Counted from the first letter of the stretch, positions 49,271-59,436 are shown. The stretch: DNA of 64,000 bases from an uncultured Methanolobus sp. (GCA_963675495.1 OY776215.1:288001-352000); one strand, 5' to 3'. Program-made: numbers and translations. The notes: generated from the letters alone by a model not told the origin.

Positions 49271-51232
49271 TTATTCTTCTCCTACGACATTCTTCAAAAT
49301 ACTTCTAGCATCAAAAGAGGTCACACTTCCGTCTTCATTTACATCCATTGCAAGGTCTTCTGGAATCTTACCTACAGACATTTGAAGTGCATAAAGTGCA
49401 TCAAGAGCTGTGTAAACCCCATCCCCATCAGCATCGCCTATACCATCTTCCATGCTTATCACATTGAATAGACCATCATAAGTTTGAATCTCCACAGCTT
49501 CATCATCATCCCTGTTAGCTGTGATAGTGGTTATCTCAAGATTCGAAGAGGTTCCTTCTGATCCGATAACACTGAAATTAACATAGGCTATTGATCCGTC
49601 CCCACCAAATCCATTCTTATCAGCCAGACTTACCTTTATAGTCCCGTCCAAAATATTGTAATCGAACAGGGAATTTGTTGTTAAACCACCTTTGATGACC
49701 TCAGTGGCTTCAAGGACAGAGGAATCATAGCTCAGAGACATATCCATGTTTCCGATATTTTCATACATTCCCTTCAGTGTCAATGGTATCTGTACACTGC
49801 TCCCGCTTGATTTACTACGGGATTCAAAGATCAAACCCGAGACTTCAATCGTGGACGGAGGTGTAATATCAACTGTTGAAGGAGGTATGCCATCCCCTGT
49901 TGATTGAACTGTTTCCCCTTCATAGAGAGAATCAATTTCATTCTGACTGAGTGCGTAGTTGTAGATTCTCACTTCATCTATAACACCATCAAAATACGCA
50001 CCAAACGAAGGATTTGAACCAATATTGATTGTATCCCATCCCGGTCCAAGACTGCCTTCTTCTTCATACATGGTGCCATCCACATATAGCTTCACAGTCT
50101 CTGTGTCCTGATCATAGACCACTGCCAAGAATGTCCATTTATCAGTTGTGACAGTATGATATCCCAGAACACCTCCAGAGCCACTAAATGCTGACCAACC
50201 GAGTCCACCGCCACGTGTATCGATATCTATTGTACGATCATATCTTCCATTATCATGTGAAATGACGGTTGCTCTTGAATCACTGTCTGATTTCACCCAG
50301 AGTGCCATAGTTACTTGTGACATTACATCTGGATTTATGTTAATAGGTAAGGAAACATAGTCAGCCTTACCATCAAAATCAAGAGCATTTCCGCTAATTC
50401 CTGAAACAATGGTAGCACCGTTGTTTGTTCCATCATTTCCATTTCCCGAATAGTCCATTGTGTCTCCATCAAATGGATAATACGCTACAAGTCCCGACTC
50501 TGAGCTTGATGAGTCAACAGGCGTTGATGCAATATTTTCAGTAGAGGGCTCTATATCCCCTTCATAGATGGAGTTTATCTCACTCTGGCTGAGTGCATAA
50601 TTGTATATTCTTACCTCATCTATGACACCATCAAAATTTGCACCATACGATGGATTGGAGCCAATATTGATTGCATTCCATCCCGTTCCAAGGCTGCCCT
50701 CTTCTTCATACATGGCATCATCTACATAGAGTTTCACAGTGCCTGCATCCTGATCATAGACCACTGCAAGAAATGTCCATTTATCAGTTGTGACTGACTG
50801 ATGCCCCAGAACTGCTCCTGAACCACTAAATGCTGACCAACCAAGTCCTCCACCGCGTGCATCGATATCTATTGTACGATCATATCCTCCATTATCATGT
50901 GAAATGACCGTACCTCTTGAATCACTGTCTGATTTTACCCAGAGTGCCATAGTTACTTGTGGCATTACATCTGAATTTATATTGATTGGTGCGGAAACAT
51001 AGTCATCCATACCATCAAAATCAAGCGCATTCCCACTCATTCCCGAGACAAAGGTGGCACCATTGTTCGTTCCATCATTTCCATTTCCTGAATGGTCCAT
51101 TGTGTCTCCATCAAATGGATAATATGCCACAAGTCCCGATTCAGATACTGCAGATGCAGTTGTTGCAGATATTAAGACCAATAATAACCCAATAACTACA
51201 AAACTAAATATTTTATTGTAGTAACACTTCAT
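49271..51232 (-). CDS. Secreted LamG-LamG-cohesin-dockerin protein
   Basis: Signal peptide; two LamG/concanavalin-like domains (GLVAYYPFDG..FDGVIDEVRIYNYALS); cohesin (SVQIPLTL..NIGNMDMSLSYDSSVL); C-terminal dockerin with two Ca-binding loops DADGDGVYTALD and DVNEDGSVTSFD. Confidence 0.9.
   Translation of the reverse strand: MKCYYNKIFSFVVIGLLLVLISATTASAVSESGLVAYYPFDGDTMDHSGNGNDGTNNGATFVSGMSGNALDFDGMDDYVSAPININSDVMPQVTMALWVKSDSDSRGTVISHDNGGYDRTIDIDARGGGLGWSAFSGSGAVLGHQSVTTDKWTFLAVVYDQDAGTVKLYVDDAMYEEEGSLGTGWNAINIGSNPSYGANFDGVIDEVRIYNYALSQSEINSIYEGDIEPSTENIASTPVDSSSSESGLVAYYPFDGDTMDYSGNGNDGTNNGATIVSGISGNALDFDGKADYVSLPININPDVMSQVTMALWVKSDSDSRATVISHDNGRYDRTIDIDTRGGGLGWSAFSGSGGVLGYHTVTTDKWTFLAVVYDQDTETVKLYVDGTMYEEEGSLGPGWDTINIGSNPSFGAYFDGVIDEVRIYNYALSQNEIDSLYEGETVQSTGDGIPPSTVDITPPSTIEVSGLIFESRSKSSGSSVQIPLTLKGMYENIGNMDMSLSYDSSVLEATEVIKGGLTTNSLFDYNILDGTIKVSLADKNGFGGDGSIAYVNFSVIGSEGTSSNLEITTITANRDDDEAVEIQTYDGLFNVISMEDGIGDADGDGVYTALDALYALQMSVGKIPEDLAMDVNEDGSVTSFDARSILKNVVGEE
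49915..51148 (-). repeat. Intragenic tandem duplication of the LamG module (period 642 nt / 214 aa)
   Basis: Near-identical DNA blocks, e.g. ACAAGTCCCGA at 50487 and 51129 and long shared runs such as TATCTATTGTACGATCATATC. Confidence 0.9.
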
Positions 51233-51795
51233 TCTTACACCTCTTTAAATATTACCAGTTCCATAATCCCGTTTTGAAATTAAGAATCAATATCAATGTT
51301 TTTGTTGAGAAGGGCAAAGCTCAGACATCCCCATATGAACAAAGTTAATACTATATAGACGACAAAAACAAAGTAACGCCAGCTTTATGATGTGTCCAAC
51401 ACCAAGATCAATGAGATTATACCCCCAATTTAAACATTTAAAGTTCCCTACAAAAAGGCAGGTGTCGGATTAATATAAGTTTATCGATTTTTTCACTGAG
51501 GTTTTTATATTTAATTTTTTTAATAAAATAAAAAGCACATGGTTTTGAAACATCTAATTTGAATGAAGAAAAGGAAGTAATTGCATGCTCTCACAACCAT
51601 AAATGAGAAGGTAATTGCGCATGACAATAGAGATTAGTAACTTAGAACAAAATAAATCCCCATGATATAAGCTATATTTCAGTGTTATTGTGCAGTGTTC
51701 TTATTTTCGCAGATAGATACGAATTCATAAGGACTTATTTTAAAAAAATAGATTTACAGACAGGATTTTTGGAAAATATGAGTTGAAACGGAGTT

Positions 51796-54700
51796 TTAAC
51801 TCCGTTTCCTGTATACCATATATGCACCTGCGAGAACGATAGATATTCCCCCCATAATCTGCATGATGGCAATAAAACCATTATCATCTGTCTTTTCAGG
51901 AAGAACATAAGCTGCAACAACATCTGTATCTTCTATGGATTTCAGGCTATCTTCTATCAAAATCTCTGTTGCTTTGCTTTCAGATCCAATCGCAAACGGT
52001 GAAAAGCCTGGTGTCTGGCTTTCGAAGTACACATATTCATCATCTTCTTTTGTCACATAGGTAGAAAGAATATTCCATTTATCATCTGAATACCTGTACA
52101 ACTTTACTGTCTCTGCTCCAATATTGTTCTTATTCAACCATGCTTTTTCTACTTTGAAATCGATGAGCAGGTCTTCAACATTATCCGGACTAACAAAACC
52201 AGTCTTACCAACCCAGATATTCATCTGCTGGTAAACTTCCCCGGGTGCATCTAGCTCTGCAAACGATGACCTGTTGCTAAGAATTTCAATGGTTGCCTGT
52301 ATCTTACCAGAATTTTTCAAAGAATCAAATTGAATTGATGATATAGCATTGCCCTCTTCCTTAAACTCGTAATTGATATGGGATCCTGAATTAATGAAGA
52401 TGCTCTGCACCTCTTTTACAAGAATATTCTCATAGGTCTCACCGGTAGCGCCACCCCCACCTCCTCCACCACCGGAAGAAGAAGTGGTAGAAACTGTTGT
52501 AATTGTATCAGGCAGTCCCTTTATGGAATAAGTTGGCTCATCAGCAGCATATTCATGCACGAACACATTTTTTATTTTTAGCATACCTGTCTGATAATGT
52601 GCTGTGAAATGTGACAAACGAAGCGTTCCAGATGTATTTTCAAAGTTTCCAGGAATATTGAATTGCTCCACACCATCTGTACAAATTGCAACATTTGAAT
52701 CACCTAACTTGAATATCATTTGAGCCCAGGCATTTGATGGCATCAAGGAAACATTGGTGTTATGGTAAAGATCATCAGGGGTGCCTGATGTAAAATACCT
52801 CACAAGCGTATTGGTGGGGTCATTCGGTTGGTGTGAATCATAGTACCATCCATCAGTAGCAAGCTTATATGAACCGAAGTAACCGGTACCATAAAACAAA
52901 TCAGCATATGGATAACCACTAACTGGAGAGTAATAGTAATCGGCCTGAACAACTATGGGTCCATCAAAACTAACTGCAGACTCTAAAACATTACCTGTAT
53001 TTATTGGTCCAGCCAAAAGTGTAGACGTATAAATTCCATCTGATACAGAGTGGGAAGCAGCACCATACTCAGTCTTTATCCATTTAGTAGGATCAATGGA
53101 ATTACCTTCAAACATGTCGGCTAATAGCATGACACTGTCAATGTTTGATTCTGATGTTGCGTTCGGGTTTCCATAATACATTTTAATTGTAGAACCATTT
53201 GTTCCATCAATAACAGGAATTTTTACCCAAACTTTTGCAGAAACTGAATCGGTTTTATTTTCAATCCAATATGGTAGTAGAGCATCCCTCTCATCGACAA
53301 ACCTGAGATCATCAAAATCGGGTTGCATCTCTGACTCGTAAAGAATATCGAAATCCATCTGGTAATCTACTAAGGTTCCATCGGAAGAAGGAGATATACT
53401 GATGGTCTTGCTATTACTAAAATTTGAAGCGTTAATTGAATAGTAGTAATATAATGTATTAGCAGTATCCTGACTGGACAATACATTCAATATGCTGTAG
53501 GAATGCCAACCCCAACCTGATTTTTCCAGTTTAACATACCGCCAATGATTTTCAACAATGTACCATGGCGTGACAGAATGTCTGTAGGCATCTCCAGACC
53601 ATGAACATAACGTTGTCCACGTGGAACCATCATTTGACACTTTTATGTATTGAGTTGCTGCTGCAGTACCAAATGCAGCACGCAATTTGTATATATAGAC
53701 TGGTTCACCAAAATCTCTAATGACATAAGTAGACGCATCAGTTTTATAATATGCCTTGGTTCCGGTGCTGTTATCCAGTATATTCATCAAAGATCCTTCG
53801 TTAGGAGTTCTACTGGCAGTTATTGTACCGCCGGTGTCTAAACCTTCAATGAGATCAAATATAGAGAGAAGATCACTAACTGCTTCTTCATCTTCTGCAC
53901 ATTCGTAGATTATCGTATCACCATCATTCAGATCAAGCTTGAGTGTGACCACAGAGCTGTCAACATCATCACGATATTGAGGAATCTCATGCGTAAAATT
54001 TGAATCATAGTAGTAATGCAGATATTCGTATCCAGTAGCGTTAACAGGCAGGGTTCTGTAATTTAGTGTGTACTGGAAACCAGTTAGTGCACCATAAATA
54101 CCTGAATTGGAGATGACAATTGTCCTAACTGAACTTGGAGCAGCACAAATATTGGGTATTGAATAAGCAGGTTCATTCTTGGCATCTTTTTTCACATATA
54201 CCCAATCAGTCCATACCTTGGAATCATGATCAAAAATCGTATCCATTCTAGTATTAATTCCAATATTTAATGGTATTGAAGATACATTTTTCCCAGTAGA
54301 ATATACATCTCCATTTTCAAGAAAAGCGGATACATTTGAATCCCAAATAATATGCCAATTGTAGTATTCCTCCTGCAGTCCTGCGATATTACCCCAATGT
54401 TCACGTGTTGCTGATCCATTATTTTTTGCAAGAGTAGAATACACATCAGTTCTGTAATGATGAATAGCAGACATACTAGACAATGAAGGATTCATAAATC
54501 CAATATAACTATAACCCCATTCTTGATTTTTCAGACGTGATCTAAAAACAACTGAGTGAGGAATAGACGAATTAATCACCTGAGTAGAAAATACTTCAAC
54601 AGGGTTATCTAAATACAATACACCATTGGACACTGAATAAGTTCCAGTGCTTTGAAGATTTACAGACCATTTAGATGTATTTAGTGAAGTACCTTCAAAA

Positions 54701-55116
54701 TCATCAAAGAACTCAAATACTTCATCACCATTTGATTGAGGTTCAGCTTTAGAATTACCATAGTACATCTTCACAGTTGCACCGTTTGTCCCGTCGATCT
54801 CAGGTATCTTTACCCAGACCTTAGCAGAAATGAAATCTGTCTTAGATTCAATCCAGTATGGAAGTAGAGTTCCATTTTCACTAGCAAACCTCAGGTCATC
54901 AAAATCAGACTGCATTTCAGATTCATAGTTAATATCGAATATCATTTGATAATCTATTAGGGTTCCATCTGAAGATGGTGAAATATCAATCGTTTTAGAC
55001 TCGCTGAAATCAAACATCACATTCGTTTCATCTGCGCTTACTGGCGTAATCAAACCAAGCGTCAAGATTAAAAAAGCGATGCCTACAACACATATCCTGA
55101 AATGATCATTTTTCAT
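51796..55116 (-). CDS. Large cell-surface protein: 2x DUF2341 modules, discoidin-like insert, poly-Gly linker, PGF-pre-PGF domain, C-terminal TM
   Basis: FDDLRF...LPYWIE...VWVKIP...MYYGN twice; VSNDGSTW...RYVKL; SSSGGGGGGGG; YFESQTPGFSPFAIG; TM plus RKRS. Confidence 0.9.
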   Translation of the reverse strand: MKNDHFRICVVGIAFLILTLGLITPVSADETNVMFDFSESKTIDISPSSDGTLIDYQMIFDINYESEMQSDFDDLRFASENGTLLPYWIESKTDFISAKVWVKIPEIDGTNGATVKMYYGNSKAEPQSNGDEVFEFFDDFEGTSLNTSKWSVNLQSTGTYSVSNGVLYLDNPVEVFSTQVINSSIPHSVVFRSRLKNQEWGYSYIGFMNPSLSSMSAIHHYRTDVYSTLAKNNGSATREHWGNIAGLQEEYYNWHIIWDSNVSAFLENGDVYSTGKNVSSIPLNIGINTRMDTIFDHDSKVWTDWVYVKKDAKNEPAYSIPNICAAPSSVRTIVISNSGIYGALTGFQYTLNYRTLPVNATGYEYLHYYYDSNFTHEIPQYRDDVDSSVVTLKLDLNDGDTIIYECAEDEEAVSDLLSIFDLIEGLDTGGTITASRTPNEGSLMNILDNSTGTKAYYKTDASTYVIRDFGEPVYIYKLRAAFGTAAATQYIKVSNDGSTWTTLCSWSGDAYRHSVTPWYIVENHWRYVKLEKSGWGWHSYSILNVLSSQDTANTLYYYYSINASNFSNSKTISISPSSDGTLVDYQMDFDILYESEMQPDFDDLRFVDERDALLPYWIENKTDSVSAKVWVKIPVIDGTNGSTIKMYYGNPNATSESNIDSVMLLADMFEGNSIDPTKWIKTEYGAASHSVSDGIYTSTLLAGPINTGNVLESAVSFDGPIVVQADYYYSPVSGYPYADLFYGTGYFGSYKLATDGWYYDSHQPNDPTNTLVRYFTSGTPDDLYHNTNVSLMPSNAWAQMIFKLGDSNVAICTDGVEQFNIPGNFENTSGTLRLSHFTAHYQTGMLKIKNVFVHEYAADEPTYSIKGLPDTITTVSTTSSSGGGGGGGGATGETYENILVKEVQSIFINSGSHINYEFKEEGNAISSIQFDSLKNSGKIQATIEILSNRSSFAELDAPGEVYQQMNIWVGKTGFVSPDNVEDLLIDFKVEKAWLNKNNIGAETVKLYRYSDDKWNILSTYVTKEDDEYVYFESQTPGFSPFAIGSESKATEILIEDSLKSIEDTDVVAAYVLPEKTDDNGFIAIMQIMGGISIVLAGAYMVYRKRS

Positions 55117-55638
55117 ATTCTTGACCCTCGAGCTGCCAATTCTTGAATAAATTTTAAAAAATTACATGAATAATATATAAACATACCATACCACCAACAA
55201 CTTAACAATCTGCCACCAATTGAGTTAATCAACCTTTTTAAAATTACTTTAATAGGAGAATGATGCATTTTCCAATGTGGTTTAAAATGTTCTAATGTTT
55301 TACATACTTATAAAAGCATCTAAATTAATATCAACTGTTGGTTATTAAAGTAAAAATATTATTAACAATTGCAGAAAATAGTTCTTTTCTTACTTAACAG
55401 AAGTGATATGAATTTGACTAAAAACTATCAAATGATCAATATTTCAAAAAAGGAATCGACAACCAGCACAACTCTTATATACAAATAAACCCTAGAACGA
55501 GTGCTTTAATATAAGACTGTTATTCGCTAAACGTATTGACACTAAATGGCATTTACTTTAACTGTAGATTTCTATTTTGCATTATGTTTTCAGCTTACTC
55601 AGATCTTTTAAGCTAACCAAAAAGGAAGTGAATTTAAA

Positions 55639-55845
55639 ATGTTTAACAGAAATGAAACCACAGCACCTGTAGATGCCGGAGAGACATACGACGTAACAAT
55701 CGAAGACCTTGCAAGAGAAGGAGACGGAATTGCAAGAGTAAGCGGATTTGTAATCTTTGTGCCTGGAACATCAGTAGGCGACGAAGTAACCATCAAAGTA
55801 ACAAAAGTAATGAGAAAGTTCGCATTCGGCGAAGTTGCTGAATAA
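55639..55845 (+). CDS. Stand-alone TRAM domain RNA chaperone (cold-shock type)
   Basis: APVDAGETYDVTIEDLAREGDGIARVSGFVIFVPG..VGDEVTIKVTKV.RKFAFGE; close paralogue of 27490..27693. Confidence 0.95.
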   Translation: MFNRNETTAPVDAGETYDVTIEDLAREGDGIARVSGFVIFVPGTSVGDEVTIKVTKVMRKFAFGEVAE

Positions 55846-55863
55846 GCACACACTTTTTCATAC

Positions 55864-55885
55864 GAAGTATCAATGATGATACTTC
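55864..55885 (+). terminator. Hairpin plus T-run downstream of TRAM gene 2
   Basis: GAAGTATCA-atga-TGATACTTC followed by T7. Confidence 0.7.
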
Positions 55886-56062
55886 AATAATCTTTTTTTA
55901 TTTGTTTTGGATTCTTTTTTTTAAATAGTAATCAATTATTAGCGGTTAGTTTTGCGTATAAGGTTAAGACTGGTCACAAAATATATTAGCCAATCAAACT
56001 AGCACTAAACGCAAAATGAATTAAAAAATAGATATTAGAAAAGATGAATACTAGAATTCATC

Positions 56063-56401
56063 TCATCCAAGGAAGCCTTTACGTTCCAACCAGTTAACCT
56101 GAGGACGAGTGTACTTCCATATAACATCAGCTTTCGAATCCTGGATCTCCCAGGGAGTTGCTATAACGATATCGCCTTCGCGGACCCACATTCTTTTCTT
56201 CTTCGAACCGGGAATCCTTCCCATACGGACCACACCATCCATGCATTGCAACCTTACCCTGTTTGCTCCAAGAAGACTTGAAACTGTTGCCAGAACCTCG
56301 CCATTCTCTTTGCGTGGAGTCCTAACCCTGACAACTTCCTGTCCATCAGGATTTCCACCCCTTGCGTTACTTTTCCTTTTATTACTTCTATAATTAGCCA
56401 G
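56063..56401 (-). CDS. eif1a: Translation initiation factor aIF-1A (CTG start)
   Basis: ANYRSN...[72 protein letters not shown]; the ORF track shows only the last 62 aa; in-frame TGA four codons upstream of CTG; GAGGT 6 nt before CTG. Confidence 0.93.
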   Translation of the reverse strand: MANYRSNKRKSNARGGNPDGQEVVRVRTPRKENGEVLATVSSLLGANRVRLQCMDGVVRMGRIPGSKKKRMWVREGDIVIATPWEIQDSKADVIWKYTRPQVNWLERKGFLG

Positions 56402-56683
56402 ATTAATACCTCAGTGCATGTAAAATGTTTTATTCCTTCCTTACTTAAACAAGATATTTACCAAAATGTTGTCTATGGATCTCACAACATTAGAAATATC
56501 CAATTTAAACAAAGCAAAATTTGACCTGTATCCGCCACTGTAAATAAAAATTTACAAGTGCATTATGGCCATTTGATTCTATTTGTATAGATATGCTCAA
56601 ACTATATAAGATGAATCGTATATTTAAGGGAGTTACCGAATCATACCCGGTAACGATCATCCCTTACTTTAATTAGTTAAAAA

Positions 56684-57976
56684 TTACTTTTTTCCAGAAA
56701 GCATTAACTTGACAAGTCCGGCAGCAATGTCCATTGAGGTATAATCCTCCTCAGCCATCTTCTCCACCCAATGCATATGTTTACCAAGGTGACCTGCATC
56801 AATGGTTTCTTTTACTTTCTTTGCAAGCATGTTAGCCTTGAAATCCTCAGCATCACTTCTTGTTGGGACCTTCTGGTTCTTTATTTTTGTCTTGGTGTAC
56901 TTCTGGATACTCTTGATCTTGTAGATCTCTTTTGGGGTCACAAAAGTGAATGCTATTCCCTGCCTTCCTGCACGTCCCGTCCTTCCAATTCTGTGGACAT
57001 AGGATTCCTCATCCTGTGGCATATCAAAATTGAAAACGACTTCGATATTCTCAACATCGATACCACGAGCTGCTACATCAGTTGCAACAAGGGTCTCTAT
57101 TTCCCCTTTCCTGAAACTTGCCATTACCTTCTCTCTTTGGGTTTGCTTCAGGTCACCGTGAATTGCGTCAGCAAGAAAACCTCTTGTTTTAAGGAGACTG
57201 ACCAGTTCATCCACCTTTTTCTTGGTATTACAAAATACAAGGGATGATTTCACATCATAAATGTCGATCATCCTGCAAAGGACATCTGGCTTCATATGAT
57301 GCTTCACTTCAAAGTAGGATTGCTCCATGTTAGGTGCTGTAACAACTTTATGGATTGTCTTGACATGCACCGGATTATTTTGAAATCTCTTAGCCAATTT
57401 CATTATTGGAGCAGGCATTGTAGCTGAGAAAAGGATGGTCTGCCTGTCATCTGGAACACTGCTGAGGATGCTTTCAATATCCTCCCTGAATCCCATATCA
57501 AGCATTTCATCAGCCTCATCAAGAACAACCATTTCCACGTTGTTGAGTTTTAGTGTCTTGCGCTCGATGTGATCCATAACCCTTCCAGGAGTTCCGATCA
57601 CTATATGAACACCACTTCTAAGAGCCTTTATCTGCCTGTCAATGTTCTGTCCACCATAAACTGGCAGTATCTTTGTCTTCTGATATTTTGCAAGCCTTGA
57701 CAACTCATCTGAAACCTGATTTGCCAGTTCTCTTGTAGGACATAGAACAAGTACCTGGGTATTTCTGCTGTTAGGTGTTACCATTTCCAGAGCTGGTATC
57801 CCAAATGAAGCAGTCTTACCTGTACCGGTCTGTGCCTGACCGATAACATCCTTGCCTTCAAGGATATGAGGAATAGATTGAACCTGTATGGGAGTAGGTT
57901 CCTCAAAACCTAGTTCCTCAATTGCTTTTTCGATATTTCTGGATAAATGAAGATCTTTAAACGTTGATGATTCCAT
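56684..57976 (-). CDS. DEAD-box RNA helicase (DeaD/CshA-like)
   Basis: Q motif GFEEPTPIQ, AQTGTGKT, PTRELA, TPGR, DEAD, SAT, ARGID, HRIGRTGRAG. Confidence 0.96.
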   Translation of the reverse strand: MESSTFKDLHLSRNIEKAIEELGFEEPTPIQVQSIPHILEGKDVIGQAQTGTGKTASFGIPALEMVTPNSRNTQVLVLCPTRELANQVSDELSRLAKYQKTKILPVYGGQNIDRQIKALRSGVHIVIGTPGRVMDHIERKTLKLNNVEMVVLDEADEMLDMGFREDIESILSSVPDDRQTILFSATMPAPIMKLAKRFQNNPVHVKTIHKVVTAPNMEQSYFEVKHHMKPDVLCRMIDIYDVKSSLVFCNTKKKVDELVSLLKTRGFLADAIHGDLKQTQREKVMASFRKGEIETLVATDVAARGIDVENIEVVFNFDMPQDEESYVHRIGRTGRAGRQGIAFTFVTPKEIYKIKSIQKYTKTKIKNQKVPTRSDAEDFKANMLAKKVKETIDAGHLGKHMHWVEKMAEEDYTSMDIAAGLVKLMLSGKK

Positions 57977-58170
57977 ATTATAGTTCCTGTGATTATGTGG
58001 CCATCAATGCAAAACATGGGATGAAGTCACATCATCTGGATTTGTTTTCAATTTGGCCCGCTTTAAGAATTAATGTTCCAAATTGTTTTGTAAAGCAAAA
58101 CAAAAAAGAGCAGTGCTTTAGTAATAGCAGCAACGGCATTAAGCTTGTCGGTGATAATAGGCAAATGATA

Positions 58171-59436
58171 TTATTCCGAACAAATTGATTGTGATGTTTT
58201 CTCAGCCTTCCTGTAAAGTCGCTGATACTCAGGAGAATCTACGAGTTCCAGGGAAACCATTAAATCATTAATAGAATCTGACGCCTGACAAGTTGATGAT
58301 GCCTGGTCACATTCTGATGCTTTTATGCCAAGTTTGCCAATCCCATGAACTATACCTTCCACGACCCGTGAGTCTGTCCGTTTATCAATACATGAAAAGC
58401 CAATCGAAACCAGGGAATCTATAACCTTTGAAGCTTCCTTGTCATAACCTTTATCCAAAGCCCTTTGACCAATATCAAAAAGATGGTTGATAACAGTAGA
58501 TAATACATCTCGCTGATGCATGTCTGATGCAACTATACCAATCTGTTCAAGGGATGAGGATGCCTGCAATACAGAATTACCAGGATCATTCTTTTCCAGC
58601 TCCTTCCATATAACCTCAAGGTTCCTAATCACAATAAATGTAGCATCCTCATCACCACGGTTTAAAGTGAACTTTCCAAACCTTGCCAGACGGGAAAAGA
58701 TATAGTTTGCAATTATTTTTTGTTCTGTGATGTCAAGGTCATTGTTTATGAATACATCCTTGGCACGTTTACCTATGATATCAATTCCGTTCCTTGTTGT
58801 TTCAAAATCATGTTTTAACAGTGAACTACTGATTATATCGATAATTGGTTGTATAGGATCTTTTTCCAGAATTCTGTCGGCATCTGAGCTGATAGCTGTT
58901 GTGATGTTCTTGGCATTTAATTTCATTGCCTGTATATTGAGCAATGTTGACGGCTTGAGCATGTTAAGTGTCCTGAACAGGTATGGGAACAATATCAGTA
59001 AAGAGTAGACTCCGAAATGGAATGCAAATGATATCCTGATTTGTATTTGAACTGTACTCTTATCAGGCATGGATTTTAGAACGAACAAAGAATAGATCAT
59101 GGACACAATATAAATCACCATGAGAATCCAGAAATCAGGATTATATACTTTGAGAAGATCGATCATCCTCACTGAGTAGGAACCCGAAGCCAATTCCACC
59201 GCCACAAGACTCATTGTTACAATTATAGCTAGTATAGCCGCTTCACTCTGTATCAAGGCACTTATCATATAGCGTGCACTTGTCATATCATAACTTGAAG
59301 GTCCAAAGACCAGAATGATATAGTGAAATATTCCAAAACTGAACAGGAACAGAAGAATGTAAAGAATAATACGTGAAAACCACAGATACAAGACATCCAA
59401 GGAAAAGTTTTCATTATTTATTTTGTTTAGTAGCAT
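58171..59436 (-). CDS. DUF2254-like membrane protein with helical C-terminal domain
   Basis: SARYMISALIQSEAAILAII.T.SLVAV.L....YS.R; 4 TMs then alpha-solenoid-like repeats; start could be GTG at 59493. Confidence 0.75.
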   Translation of the reverse strand: MLLNKINNENFSLDVLYLWFSRIILYILLFLFSFGIFHYIILVFGPSSYDMTSARYMISALIQSEAAILAIIVTMSLVAVELASGSYSVRMIDLLKVYNPDFWILMVIYIVSMIYSLFVLKSMPDKSTVQIQIRISFAFHFGVYSLLILFPYLFRTLNMLKPSTLLNIQAMKLNAKNITTAISSDADRILEKDPIQPIIDIISSSLLKHDFETTRNGIDIIGKRAKDVFINNDLDITEQKIIANYIFSRLARFGKFTLNRGDEDATFIVIRNLEVIWKELEKNDPGNSVLQASSSLEQIGIVASDMHQRDVLSTVINHLFDIGQRALDKGYDKEASKVIDSLVSIGFSCIDKRTDSRVVEGIVHGIGKLGIKASECDQASSTCQASDSINDLMVSLELVDSPEYQRLYRKAEKTSQSICSE

